Shown: positions 45,801-53,082 of the stretch, piece after piece
How the letters are laid out: the number at the start of each line of letters is the position of its first letter
Numbering within the stretch: position 1 is the first letter of the stretch
From: an uncultured Verrucomicrobiae bacterium
GTDB taxonomy: Bacteria; Verrucomicrobiota; Verrucomicrobiia; Limisphaerales; Palsa-1400
Length of the DNA stretch: 64,000 bases
NCBI GenBank assembly: GCA_963764165.1
Contig: CAVXRD010000002.1
Location: forward strand, 2,496,001 to 2,560,000
Direction of reading: 5' to 3'
Program-made: the position numbers and the translations under genes
The notes under the pieces: model-generated
The model's input: the letters and a program-made list of their open reading frames with translations, nothing else
What the model was told of the DNA's origin: nothing
The model's database searches: none

Positions 45801-46512
45801 GACAAATAAAATGATGGTGGGTTATCCTGTGGACGGGTCGCAGTTTGGCGTTATCAATATTACAAATGGCGAGATGTATGAGAACTCGCCGCAGACGAAT
45901 GCTTTGAATTGGGCCACCGATGAACCATTGGCCTACGATCAGGTTTACTTGGGAGACTGGTTTTTGGGTTATCAGGGGAACGCCGGGAGTCCATTCTATG
46001 TGGAGTCCAACGGTGTTTTTTGCCCGGCTGGCGTCTATTTGGGCACGGTGTCCGATGGGCTTCTGCCATACGCATCTGCTGTGCGAGCCATCGATAGCAC
46101 TGTCGTGGAATTGATCGATTATGCAGCGGAAGCCGGTGAGGGGCGGATTATTGCCAACGACGCGAACGGCTTGGACATGCCAGCGACGGGAGGGGACGGC
46201 AACGGGAGGCGAGACTCGCCTGCAGGGGGCACTACCCCGCTGGAGATCACTCCCAGTACAGTCAGCGCGAACAATCCAGGTTACGTGCAGATACAACTGC
46301 AACCGGCCTCGGCTGTCCTTGCGGGGGCCGGTTGGCGGATTCACGGTGAGTCCAGCTATCACAGTTCGGATGCCGTGAAGCAGGTGAATTCGTCCAACAT
46401 TGTGGCCATCCAGTTTGCGCCGGTAAGCGGGTATAGTCCTCCCCGCCATTCAGACCGTCACCGTGGTGCCGAATCAGGTTTCGACTTACGTTGGGGCCTA
46501 CATTTTGACTAA
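42820..46512 (+). CDS. Secreted BspA-type LRR_5 protein with Ig-like modules and a degenerate trypsin-like domain; frameshifted at about 46443
   Basis: Signal peptide MKKTWLVIFCLLLLGVSAPAQG-Q; about 20 LRR_5 repeats; GSGVAVEANVVLTAADLV...DVAAL...QGNAGSPF. Paralog of 31118-34135. Confidence 0.87.
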   Translation: MKKTWLVIFCLLLLGVSAPAQGQFTYTNSHGTLVITGYSGPGGAVNIPATINDLKVTSIGDYAFAGTDLSSIGIPDSVTNIGDGAFNYCTNLASITVPGSVVKFGEGVFNSCSRLASATLEDGIVDIGTNEFQDCASLVYISIPNSVTKIDDNAFYSCSSLTNIVISSRVVSIGGYAFSECINLTSIDIPSGVTKIGEFCFDGCTNLGAIIVSSNNPSYASEAGVLFNHKKTTLVGYPQGKPGASYTIPSTVSSIGDYGFYSCAQLANVAIPDSVTSIGKSAFGFCTNLSTITIPGKVARIGEAAFNDCSQLETVTLENGIKDIGMNAFQDCISLTNVSIPGSVTNIEDGAFNDCANLSNMAIPGKVARIGEAAFYDCTRLAVLTLEDGIKDIGTNAFQDCISLTNLSIPGSVASIGDSAFEGCSGLTSVAIPNGVVSIGSLAFSETSLTNVTIPASLTNMAGSPFAYCPGLAAIVVDSNSRAYTNVGGVLFNRSQTVLVGFPEGYAAVSYVIPNSVASIGPWAFGGCSGLTNVSIPDTVTGIGYGAFAGCSGLTSVYIPDSVTAVGWGAFEDCTSLSSVSIGNGVEIIADATFEDCGSLTNVTIGSGVQFLDPDAFLECFNLRYVLFEGNAPRIGPGIYEPHWDEELTFYYLAGASGWDSSYYDYYYYYYGIRIQMLTAHGQIEVTLLPSSANGRWRFPWETTWRNSGTAASNLNAGEYPIVFSTVPGYLTPTLPSPGYVAVIGGTTFVTNQYSPATSSSNVNNVGALTVNFVQSPPAEAAWGVAGGPAPSFTSGYRVNLAAGKYLIDFASVPGYATPAAISVLVVPDYPAVLSVSYAPVIPLSNLPSSFTSLPVQVPPSEISTSPFEFNGQLQTDVGYGSGVAVEANVVLTAADLVFNDQTLSYASQATWFPQQETGVTPPYPMTARGWYVLSGYASNRINDLQDGLAPGQSSPASRNSDVAALFFTSPVAGGNSASYLFSDGTPNVWLTSPTNKMMVGYPVDGSQFGVINITNGEMYENSPQTNALNWATDEPLAYDQVYLGDWFLGYQGNAGSPFYVESNGVFCPAGVYLGTVSDGLLPYASAVRAIDSTVVELIDYAAEAGEGRIIANDANGLDMPATGGDGNGRRDSPAGGTTPLEITPSTVSANNPGYVQIQLQPASAVLAGAGWRIHGESSYHSSDAVKQVNSSNIVAIQFAPVSGYSPPRHSDRHRGAESGFDLRWGLHFD
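43650..44065 (+). repeat. 207-nt (69-aa, three LRR units) tandem duplication
   Basis: ccgggcaaggtggccagaattgggga at 43702 and ccgggaaaggtcgccagaattgggga at 43909; gcgttccaagactgtattagcctgaccaac is identical in both copies. Confidence 0.85.
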
Positions 46513-47785
46513 CTCTAATTCTTTGCCAGCGGATTCCGCTTTGGCGGTCTTGATCAACGGCGTCGGCAAAATCACCAGTGCCGGCGGCGCAACCAACATG
46601 GCACGTTTGAAGCTCGGCAAGAGCTACGCCATCACCGCGTCCGAGTTGCCCGGACGCAACTGGATCTTCGCCAATTGGAGCAGCGGCACAAACATCGCCG
46701 ATCTGGCTTTGTATTCTACAAAGCCGGCGACGTCCTTCACCTTTTCCAGCAATTTGATTCTGGTGGCCAATTTTCAAACGAATCCCTTCCCCTCCATGGC
46801 CGGTGTTTACAATGGTCTTTTTGCCACCACAAATGGAGTGACGGAACAAACGGCAGGGATGCTTCACGGGCTGACTGTCAGCGGGAGCGGAACTTACAGT
46901 GGGACGCTCTTGATCAACGGAAAAGGCCACTCTTTCAGCGGCGCGTTTGATTTGGGCGGCCAGGCGAGCAATGTTATTTCACGCGCGATCAACCAACCTC
47001 TGACGGTTGCCATGACACTTTTGAATTTGAACCAGTCTTCCCCAGAGATAATCGGCACTGTGTCCGGAACCAGTAATGGTGTCGCTTGGGTTGCCGCTCT
47101 TTTAGCCGACCGAGCCTATCACAGTAAATCCTCGGCGGCGTACACCATGCTGATCCCGCCAGGCTCCAGCAGTGCGTCAGCCACAGTCCCTATTGGTGAC
47201 GGTTATGCCTTGATCACGAATCACGCTGGCACGGCTACCATTGCCGGCGCACTGGCCGATGGCGCCAAAATCATCCAGTCCGTTGCAGTTTCCCAGACGG
47301 GCAATGTTCCAATCTACGCCAACCTATCTGGCCAGCCGGGCCTTCTCATGGGCTGGATTAATCTGGACTCCGCCAGCGATGCCGGGGCGGGGCTGGCCTG
47401 GGTTCATCCCTCCGTCCCCAAAGGCCTATTCCCAGACGCGTTCACTAGCACCAACCCCATCGCGCTGTCTCTGTGGACCAAGACTCAGGCAATCGACGTC
47501 CTCGAACACCTGACAAATTTGTCGATTCTTGAACCGACCCATGGCGCTACTATCGAGACAAACAGCTTCGAGATAGCGATCGGCAACAATTTCAAATTGG
47601 GCAAGCTATCCGGCCCGGCCAAATTGAGTGGTTCACTCGCCTCCAAAACGGGATTGCTCAGAGTGACCAATGTCAGCGGGTCGGTCAAAGTGACCGGCCA
47701 AGGGGTGGTGCTGCTCAATACCACAAACGGCGGCGGATATATCCTGACCAAGGCCAACGCCCAAGCCATCCAGCTTGGACCATAA
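46463..47785 (+). CDS. C-terminal part of the frameshifted LRR surface protein (shared C-terminal domain)
   Basis: Closely similar to 30343-31662 (NGVG.I, LANFQTNPF..MAGVYNGLF, GALADG; both end TK.NA.AIQLGP). Confidence 0.8.
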   Translation: MVPNQVSTYVGAYILTNSNSLPADSALAVLINGVGKITSAGGATNMARLKLGKSYAITASELPGRNWIFANWSSGTNIADLALYSTKPATSFTFSSNLILVANFQTNPFPSMAGVYNGLFATTNGVTEQTAGMLHGLTVSGSGTYSGTLLINGKGHSFSGAFDLGGQASNVISRAINQPLTVAMTLLNLNQSSPEIIGTVSGTSNGVAWVAALLADRAYHSKSSAAYTMLIPPGSSSASATVPIGDGYALITNHAGTATIAGALADGAKIIQSVAVSQTGNVPIYANLSGQPGLLMGWINLDSASDAGAGLAWVHPSVPKGLFPDAFTSTNPIALSLWTKTQAIDVLEHLTNLSILEPTHGATIETNSFEIAIGNNFKLGKLSGPAKLSGSLASKTGLLRVTNVSGSVKVTGQGVVLLNTTNGGGYILTKANAQAIQLGP

Positions 47786-47888
47786 GCTCCCTTTTTGCAA
47801 AAAAGATGCGGCGGATACTGAAGCGCCCCTCGAATTCCGGGCGTCCAGTGACGGCATGGAACTGCTTCTCATGCGGCACATGGGGCGG

Positions 47889-48305
47889 TCAGCCCTTTCT
47901 GGAGCAAAACAGCGCAGGAATGTGCAGGACAATGGCGGCCGCCAGCACTAACGCGCTGTAACGGTGCGTCAAATAGAGAAAATGCTCGCCCGATGTTCCA
48001 AAAAGGGGCGTCATCGGCACGACGCCGGAAAGCATAACTGCCAATCCGCTCAGCAGAATGATCCAAAGCAGAAACTTGGCGGGGCCGATGAGTGGCGAAA
48101 CCGCGCCGTATCGGCAAACATCCGACCACGTTAGCGCGACGGCTGCCAGACCAAGCGCGAACAGCGGCGCCACCGCCACATGGGCCATCAAAACCCAATG
48201 GGTCATCGGCGGTTTGCCGAAAAAAAAGGTGCCGATTCCCGTGAACGCAAGAAAAAGCGCCGACGCCGCCAGCACCGCATAAAAGAATTTTGCGGACGCG
48301 CGCAT
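47889..48305 (-). CDS. Four-TM membrane protein with His residues; cytochrome b-like partner of the multiheme cytochrome
   Basis: ATG overlaps the upstream stop (TGATG). Four hydrophobic helices with His in WVLMAHV, LYLTHRY and IVLHIP. Confidence 0.7.
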   Translation of the reverse strand: MRASAKFFYAVLAASALFLAFTGIGTFFFGKPPMTHWVLMAHVAVAPLFALGLAAVALTWSDVCRYGAVSPLIGPAKFLLWIILLSGLAVMLSGVVPMTPLFGTSGEHFLYLTHRYSALVLAAAIVLHIPALFCSRKG

Positions 48306-50356
48306 CAGGGCCGCTCCTTCTTCGCGGATGACGCCTGCGCCGCCATTGCGCCCAATCCGCGCAATCCGAAGTTCAACAGCACACCCAGAACCACGAGAGC
48401 CGCGCCAAAGACAATCCATTTTAGCATGGGGCGAAAAATGAAGGTGTAGGCGAATAATGAGGCCGCTTTCTTGTCATCGCCGCGAAATTCCCAGTTGGCT
48501 TTTGTGATCGCATTGGTGGGATCGACCGGGCCGCGGGCGGTGATGGCGGCGAAATAGATGGGGGAATCTTTCGCGTGGCAATCGGCGCAGCCTCGCGCCC
48601 CGAGCGCTTTCGCTCTCGGCCGGACGTCATGCGCGAGCGCCCACGAGTAGGGCTGGGCGGCAGGGGATTCCGCAGAGACGAGCGCGCCGTGTTCGAGCCG
48701 ATACATCTTGCCAGACGCGATGTAAGCGGCTTCGCTTTTGGAATCTGGCGCCAACGATTCGAGGCCCTTTTGAATTTGCGCGGCGGTCAGTGGCTTTGTG
48801 TTGTACGGATCCACTCCGGCTTCGGCAGTCGAGGGGCGCGGCAGGCTGACAATTTTTGCAACTTCTGACGGAAGCATCGGCGTGACATTGGTGCCGCTGA
48901 CCCGAGCCCAATAGCTTGGCCAGACCATTTTATATGGGCCAATTTTTCCGTCCGGGCCTCGCAGAAAAATGGATTCCACGATGACCGGCGCGGTGTTCTT
49001 TCCGCGTTCCGGCGCGGGCAAGCCGAGCTTGTGGGCCATGGAGGTTTGGACTTCGACGGGCTCCGATTCGGGCAGCGGCCCGGAATGGCAGGCGGTGCAA
49101 GTGAGACGGTCGAAATGGACCGGCGGCATACCCTTATGCACTAATTTGGGGGCACCGAGCCGGCCCTCAGTGTGGCAGCCGCGGCAGGTTAGAGTCTCGA
49201 CTTTGCTGGTTTCGGCCTCAAGTTGCTGGTGGGCCAGCTTTTTCGCCTCGGGCTCTTTCAAAGTCAAATCATCGCGGCGAAGGAGGGCGGCGCGGAGGCT
49301 GACCATTGAATCACTGACCACACGGTCTTTGGCTTCGCCTTCGTATCCCCGCACGATGGCATGATCCAGGCCGTTGCGATGACAATCGACGCATAGCAGC
49401 CCCGCCTTGATGTGGACATCCAAATCCGAATGCCAGCCCGCATCGCCAGACGGCGAAACGCTCGTGTGACAATAATAACAATTATTGACGGACATCCGGT
49501 TGGCGACTTGAAAGACGACGTTGTTCTCCGTGTCAAAGCGGGCGCGGTTGTACTTGATGGCGGGCAAGGTCGAAGGCACCGGCTTGCCTGGGCTCCAGGA
49601 ATCCGCGATTGCCCCGGCGCTCTTGAAGCTGGCGAAGACTCCAAGATTTGCGCCCACGGTTGGCGCCCAGCGAAAATCCTGCGCCTTAAGGGCATTGAAG
49701 CGGCCCTCCTGGTCGTAGCGGCCGGACGTTTGGTGGCATAGGAAACAATCGATTTCCAATTTCCCGGTAATGTTCATGCGTCCCATTTCCGGGTCGCTGG
49801 GCTTGATTTTGTCGGGTTCCCCCACTCCGCCTCCTGGCAAATGGCGGGCGAAATTGGTGATGAACTGATAGTCGCTCAGGCCGATTTGCGACGGTTTGAA
49901 AGTTCCGGCCCAGCCGCGGTAAGAGAGCGGAATTTGGGTGTGCGTTTGCGGGTCGGTCAGGATCCATGGCTCACCGGGACGGCCCGGTTTGCCGCCGTTG
50001 TCAGCATTGAAATGCCAGCCCTCGCTGATGGTGTCGTAGTCGTGGCATTTGCCGCACGTCTGGGCGGGTGAGTAGGGGGGGGCTTTTGGCTCCTGCGATT
50101 TCCCATCCTCGCCCACGACGGGCGGAATGCTGATGACTTTTCCCAGGGAGTCGTGCAGCGGAATATTGTGCAGAAATGGGGTTCGGCTTCCCGTGTGGAC
50201 GTCTTCCGCTCGCGCGGAATGGCGTCCCAAGAATAAGCCGCAAACCAAAACGACTGGCAATAGAAACCGCACTCTGCGGCCACGATACACAGTTCCGAAA
50301 ACTTGGAAAATCAAAATGAACGTCAAAGGCACAGCGTGAAACGTCCGTGCCTTCAC
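48305..50356 (-). CDS. Multiheme c-type cytochrome (seven CxxCH) with a C-terminal membrane anchor
   Basis: CGKCH, CFLCH, CYYCH, CVDCH, CRGCH, CTACH and CADCH; signal peptide; C-terminal TM helix. True start may be GTG near 50272. Confidence 0.9.
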   Translation of the reverse strand: MKARTFHAVPLTFILIFQVFGTVYRGRRVRFLLPVVLVCGLFLGRHSARAEDVHTGSRTPFLHNIPLHDSLGKVISIPPVVGEDGKSQEPKAPPYSPAQTCGKCHDYDTISEGWHFNADNGGKPGRPGEPWILTDPQTHTQIPLSYRGWAGTFKPSQIGLSDYQFITNFARHLPGGGVGEPDKIKPSDPEMGRMNITGKLEIDCFLCHQTSGRYDQEGRFNALKAQDFRWAPTVGANLGVFASFKSAGAIADSWSPGKPVPSTLPAIKYNRARFDTENNVVFQVANRMSVNNCYYCHTSVSPSGDAGWHSDLDVHIKAGLLCVDCHRNGLDHAIVRGYEGEAKDRVVSDSMVSLRAALLRRDDLTLKEPEAKKLAHQQLEAETSKVETLTCRGCHTEGRLGAPKLVHKGMPPVHFDRLTCTACHSGPLPESEPVEVQTSMAHKLGLPAPERGKNTAPVIVESIFLRGPDGKIGPYKMVWPSYWARVSGTNVTPMLPSEVAKIVSLPRPSTAEAGVDPYNTKPLTAAQIQKGLESLAPDSKSEAAYIASGKMYRLEHGALVSAESPAAQPYSWALAHDVRPRAKALGARGCADCHAKDSPIYFAAITARGPVDPTNAITKANWEFRGDDKKAASLFAYTFIFRPMLKWIVFGAALVVLGVLLNFGLRGLGAMAAQASSAKKERP

Positions 50357-50375
50357 TGTGACATTTGGTCTGGAA

Positions 50376-50684
50376 TCAGGCCTTGGCCGTGGCGGAAGCC
50401 GGGGACAATTTCAGGACGGATTCGCGCATTTCCTTGCCGGGTTTGAATTTCACCACGGCGCGGCGGGGAATGGGGACATCCTTTTCAGGCTGGTTTGGAT
50501 TTCGGCCAATGCGCGCCTTCCGGACTTTGACTTCAAAGACCCCGAAATTGCGGAGCTCGACGGTGGTGCCGTCGGCCAATGATTCACAGATGTGATCCAA
50601 GGTTTTCTGAACGACTTCCAAAACTTGTTGTTGGACGATACCCGTCTCTTCGCTGATACGGACTACAAGATCGCGTTTTGTCAT
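50376..50684 (-). CDS. HU/IHF family DNA-binding protein
   Basis: MTKRDLVVRIS...VELRNFGVFEVKVRKARIGRNP...IPRRAVVKFKPGKEMR. Confidence 0.95.
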   Translation of the reverse strand: MTKRDLVVRISEETGIVQQQVLEVVQKTLDHICESLADGTTVELRNFGVFEVKVRKARIGRNPNQPEKDVPIPRRAVVKFKPGKEMRESVLKLSPASATAKA

Positions 50685-50879
50685 AAGGTTGTTACGCAAG
50701 CCATGGACCGGCTGCGTGCTCGAAAGCAGTAGGCCAAGACTCGTAAAGCTCTATAGGAACCCCCTATCTACGTCAAGCATCGAGTCTCGGAAATATGCAA
50801 GATTCTTTGTGAGGGAAACCCTTAACCAATAAATCGCTGCACAAAAGCCAAAACACGGCAGGGACGCCTCGCCGAGGGG

Positions 50880-51155
50880 CTAGCTTTCAATGACGCCGAT
50901 CTCGACTGGCTCGACTTTCACGCCGATTTTTTCCAGCCATTTGATGGCGGATTTGATGGCGTCGGCGGGCCCGCTGATTTCCAGGCACACAATGCCGATT
51001 TCGTCCGTCACACTGGCTTGGCGAACGTTTGTCTTGATCGGAAATTTATGGCCGACTTCCCAAATAATGGGATCAGTAATGTGCTTGGGCGGATACATCA
51101 GCCACAGGCGTTGCTGGACATCTTCCGAGGCTGATTTGGATTTTTTGGGCGGCAT
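50880..51155 (-). CDS. NIL-domain protein
   Basis: RLWLMYP...ITDPIIWEVGHKF.IKTNVRQASV....GIVCLEISG....I..AIKWL...GVKVEP. Confidence 0.85.
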   Translation of the reverse strand: MPPKKSKSASEDVQQRLWLMYPPKHITDPIIWEVGHKFPIKTNVRQASVTDEIGIVCLEISGPADAIKSAIKWLEKIGVKVEPVEIGVIES

Positions 51156-51158
51156 AAG

Positions 51159-51434
51159 TTATCCGCCGGCAATGGCGGGAATGATGCTGATTTCGTCGCC
51201 GTCGCGAAGGGCGGTCTCCTGGTTTTGCAGGAAACGAATGTCCTCTTCGTTGACGTAGACATTGACGAATCGGCGGACGCCGCCGGTTTCGTCGGTCAGG
51301 CGCTCTTTGATGCCCGGGTAGCGGGTTTGCAGTTCAGCAATGGCGCCGCCGACGGTCGTCGCGGCGACCTGAACCACTTCTTCGTCATGCGTCAATTTGC
51401 GCAGCGGCGAGGGGATGCGAACATTCACTGGCAT
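51159..51434 (-). CDS. MoaD/ThiS/CysO-family ubiquitin-like sulfur carrier
   Basis: VRIPSPLR...TVG..I..L..RYPG...RL......RRFVNVYVNEEDIRFL....T.L.DGDEISIIPAIAGG, ending in Gly-Gly. Confidence 0.92.
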   Translation of the reverse strand: MPVNVRIPSPLRKLTHDEEVVQVAATTVGGAIAELQTRYPGIKERLTDETGGVRRFVNVYVNEEDIRFLQNQETALRDGDEISIIPAIAGG

Positions 51435-51465
51435 AATATCAAATCGTCTTGACTGTTGTGGGGAT

Positions 51466-52728
51466 TTAAGCGCGAACCTCCGCGCGGCCTTCGGCACTGA
51501 GCAGGCTTTCGAATTCCCGCAGGCTGGGCTTGATCTCCTGGGCGCGACCGGTGTGGCCGGCGACGGCATCCAGCGTTTTCAAACCATTGCCCGTGATGCA
51601 CAACACGGCGGAATCATCCGCCGGAATGGCGCCTGAGGCAATGAGTTTCTTGGCCACGCCAACGGTCACGCCGCCAGCGGTTTCGGCGAAAATGCCTTCG
51701 CATTCCGCCAGCAATTTGATGCCTTCGCGGATTTGGTCGTCGGTGACGTCCTCGGCCCGTCCGCCCGTTTCCTTCATCACGCGCAGGGCGTAGAAACCGT
51801 CGGCGGGAGTGCCGATGGCGAGGGACTTGGCGATGGTGTTCGGCTTGACGGGTTTGAAGAAATCCAGCCCGGCCTTTTGCGCGGTGGAGATGGGCGAGCA
51901 ACCGGTCGCCTGCGCGCCGTGAATCTTGTATGTTTTTTCGGGGGCGAGGCCGAGTTTGGACGCTTCCTGGTAACTCTTGTGAATCTTCGTCAGCAACGAG
52001 CCGGAGGCCATCGGGATGACGGTGTGGTTGGGAATCTTCCAGCCCAATTGCTCGACGACTTCCAAGCCGATGCTCTTGGAGCCTTCGGCGTAATAGGGGC
52101 GCATATTGACGTTCACGAACGCCCACGGATACTTGCCCGCGATTTCCGCGCACAGGCGGTTAACCTCGTCGTAATGGCCTTTGATGCCGACAACGGTGGC
52201 GTTGTAAATCAGTGAATTCAACACCTTGCCTTCTTCGAGATCGGACGGGATGAAGACATAAGCCTTCAATCCGGCGGCGGCGGCGTTGGCGGCCACAGAG
52301 TTGGCGAGATTGCCGGTTGAAGCGCAGGCGACGGTGGTGAAGCCCAGTTCACGGGCGCGGCTCAAAGCGACACTGACGACGCGGTCCTTGAACGAAAGCG
52401 TGGGATAATTGACGGCGTCGTTCTTAATCCAAAGCTCGCGAATGCCGAGGCGGCGGGCCAAGCGATCCGCCTTAATCAAAGGTGTAAAACCAACTTCCAG
52501 CCCGACTGTCGGATCGCCCGCCACCGGCAGAAGCTCGCGGTAACGCCACATGCTTTTCGGGCGCGATTGAATGGCAGCGCGGGTCATCGATTGTTTAATG
52601 CGCTCGTAATCGTAAACGACTTCGAGCGGGCCGAAATCGAACTCGCAAACGTGGTTTGCGGTGAGCGCATATTCGCGTCCGCACTCGCGGCACTTGAGCG
52701 CCTTCATAAAGCTGGCATGTTTTTCCAT
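51466..52728 (-). CDS. thrC: Threonine synthase-like PLP enzyme with N-terminal Zn ribbon (possibly sulfur-carrier-dependent homocysteine synthesis)
   Basis: CRECG...CEFDFGPL, MWRYRELLP, GFTPL, PTLSFKDR, ACASTGNLANS, NMRPYYAEGSK, TIAKSLAIG and ITGNGLKT. Confidence 0.88.
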   Translation of the reverse strand: MEKHASFMKALKCRECGREYALTANHVCEFDFGPLEVVYDYERIKQSMTRAAIQSRPKSMWRYRELLPVAGDPTVGLEVGFTPLIKADRLARRLGIRELWIKNDAVNYPTLSFKDRVVSVALSRARELGFTTVACASTGNLANSVAANAAAAGLKAYVFIPSDLEEGKVLNSLIYNATVVGIKGHYDEVNRLCAEIAGKYPWAFVNVNMRPYYAEGSKSIGLEVVEQLGWKIPNHTVIPMASGSLLTKIHKSYQEASKLGLAPEKTYKIHGAQATGCSPISTAQKAGLDFFKPVKPNTIAKSLAIGTPADGFYALRVMKETGGRAEDVTDDQIREGIKLLAECEGIFAETAGGVTVGVAKKLIASGAIPADDSAVLCITGNGLKTLDAVAGHTGRAQEIKPSLREFESLLSAEGRAEVRA

Positions 52729-52808
52729 AGTCTTCACTCGCTTTGGGGGCGCGAAATTGCCCCATCCCATATCAGGATCGGGAGAAGAGGAATCGACAGA
52801 AGACGCTC

Positions 52809-52941
52809 TTCTCATTTTTGCCCGCCGGATGGCAAGAACGGCTTGCGCGCCCTCGGGCTGGAATTGGCACCCGCCGCTGCATTGCTGCCGCCGGTTGCCG
52901 TGGTTTCATAGGGCCAGTCCCTCCACCACTCTGAATGAGAT
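52809..52941 (-). ncRNA. SAM-I (S-box) riboswitch
   Basis: Reverse complement is TCTCATTCAGAGTGGTGGAGGGACTGGCCCTATGAAACCACGGCAACC...GGTGCCAATTCCAG...AAAATGAGA, matching the SAM-I consensus. About 80 nt upstream of the thrC-like gene. Confidence 0.92.
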
Positions 52942-53082
52942 TCGTTTTATCAACGAATGCGGATATATTGATTGAAGCATTTAATCCTGTCAACCGGGAA
53001 ATTTCGCGTTATTTTAAACGAAAGCGCTTTGAATCGGCAATTACATCGCCTAGCCTTGTACAGTGAGAAGGATGGTCGGAAA

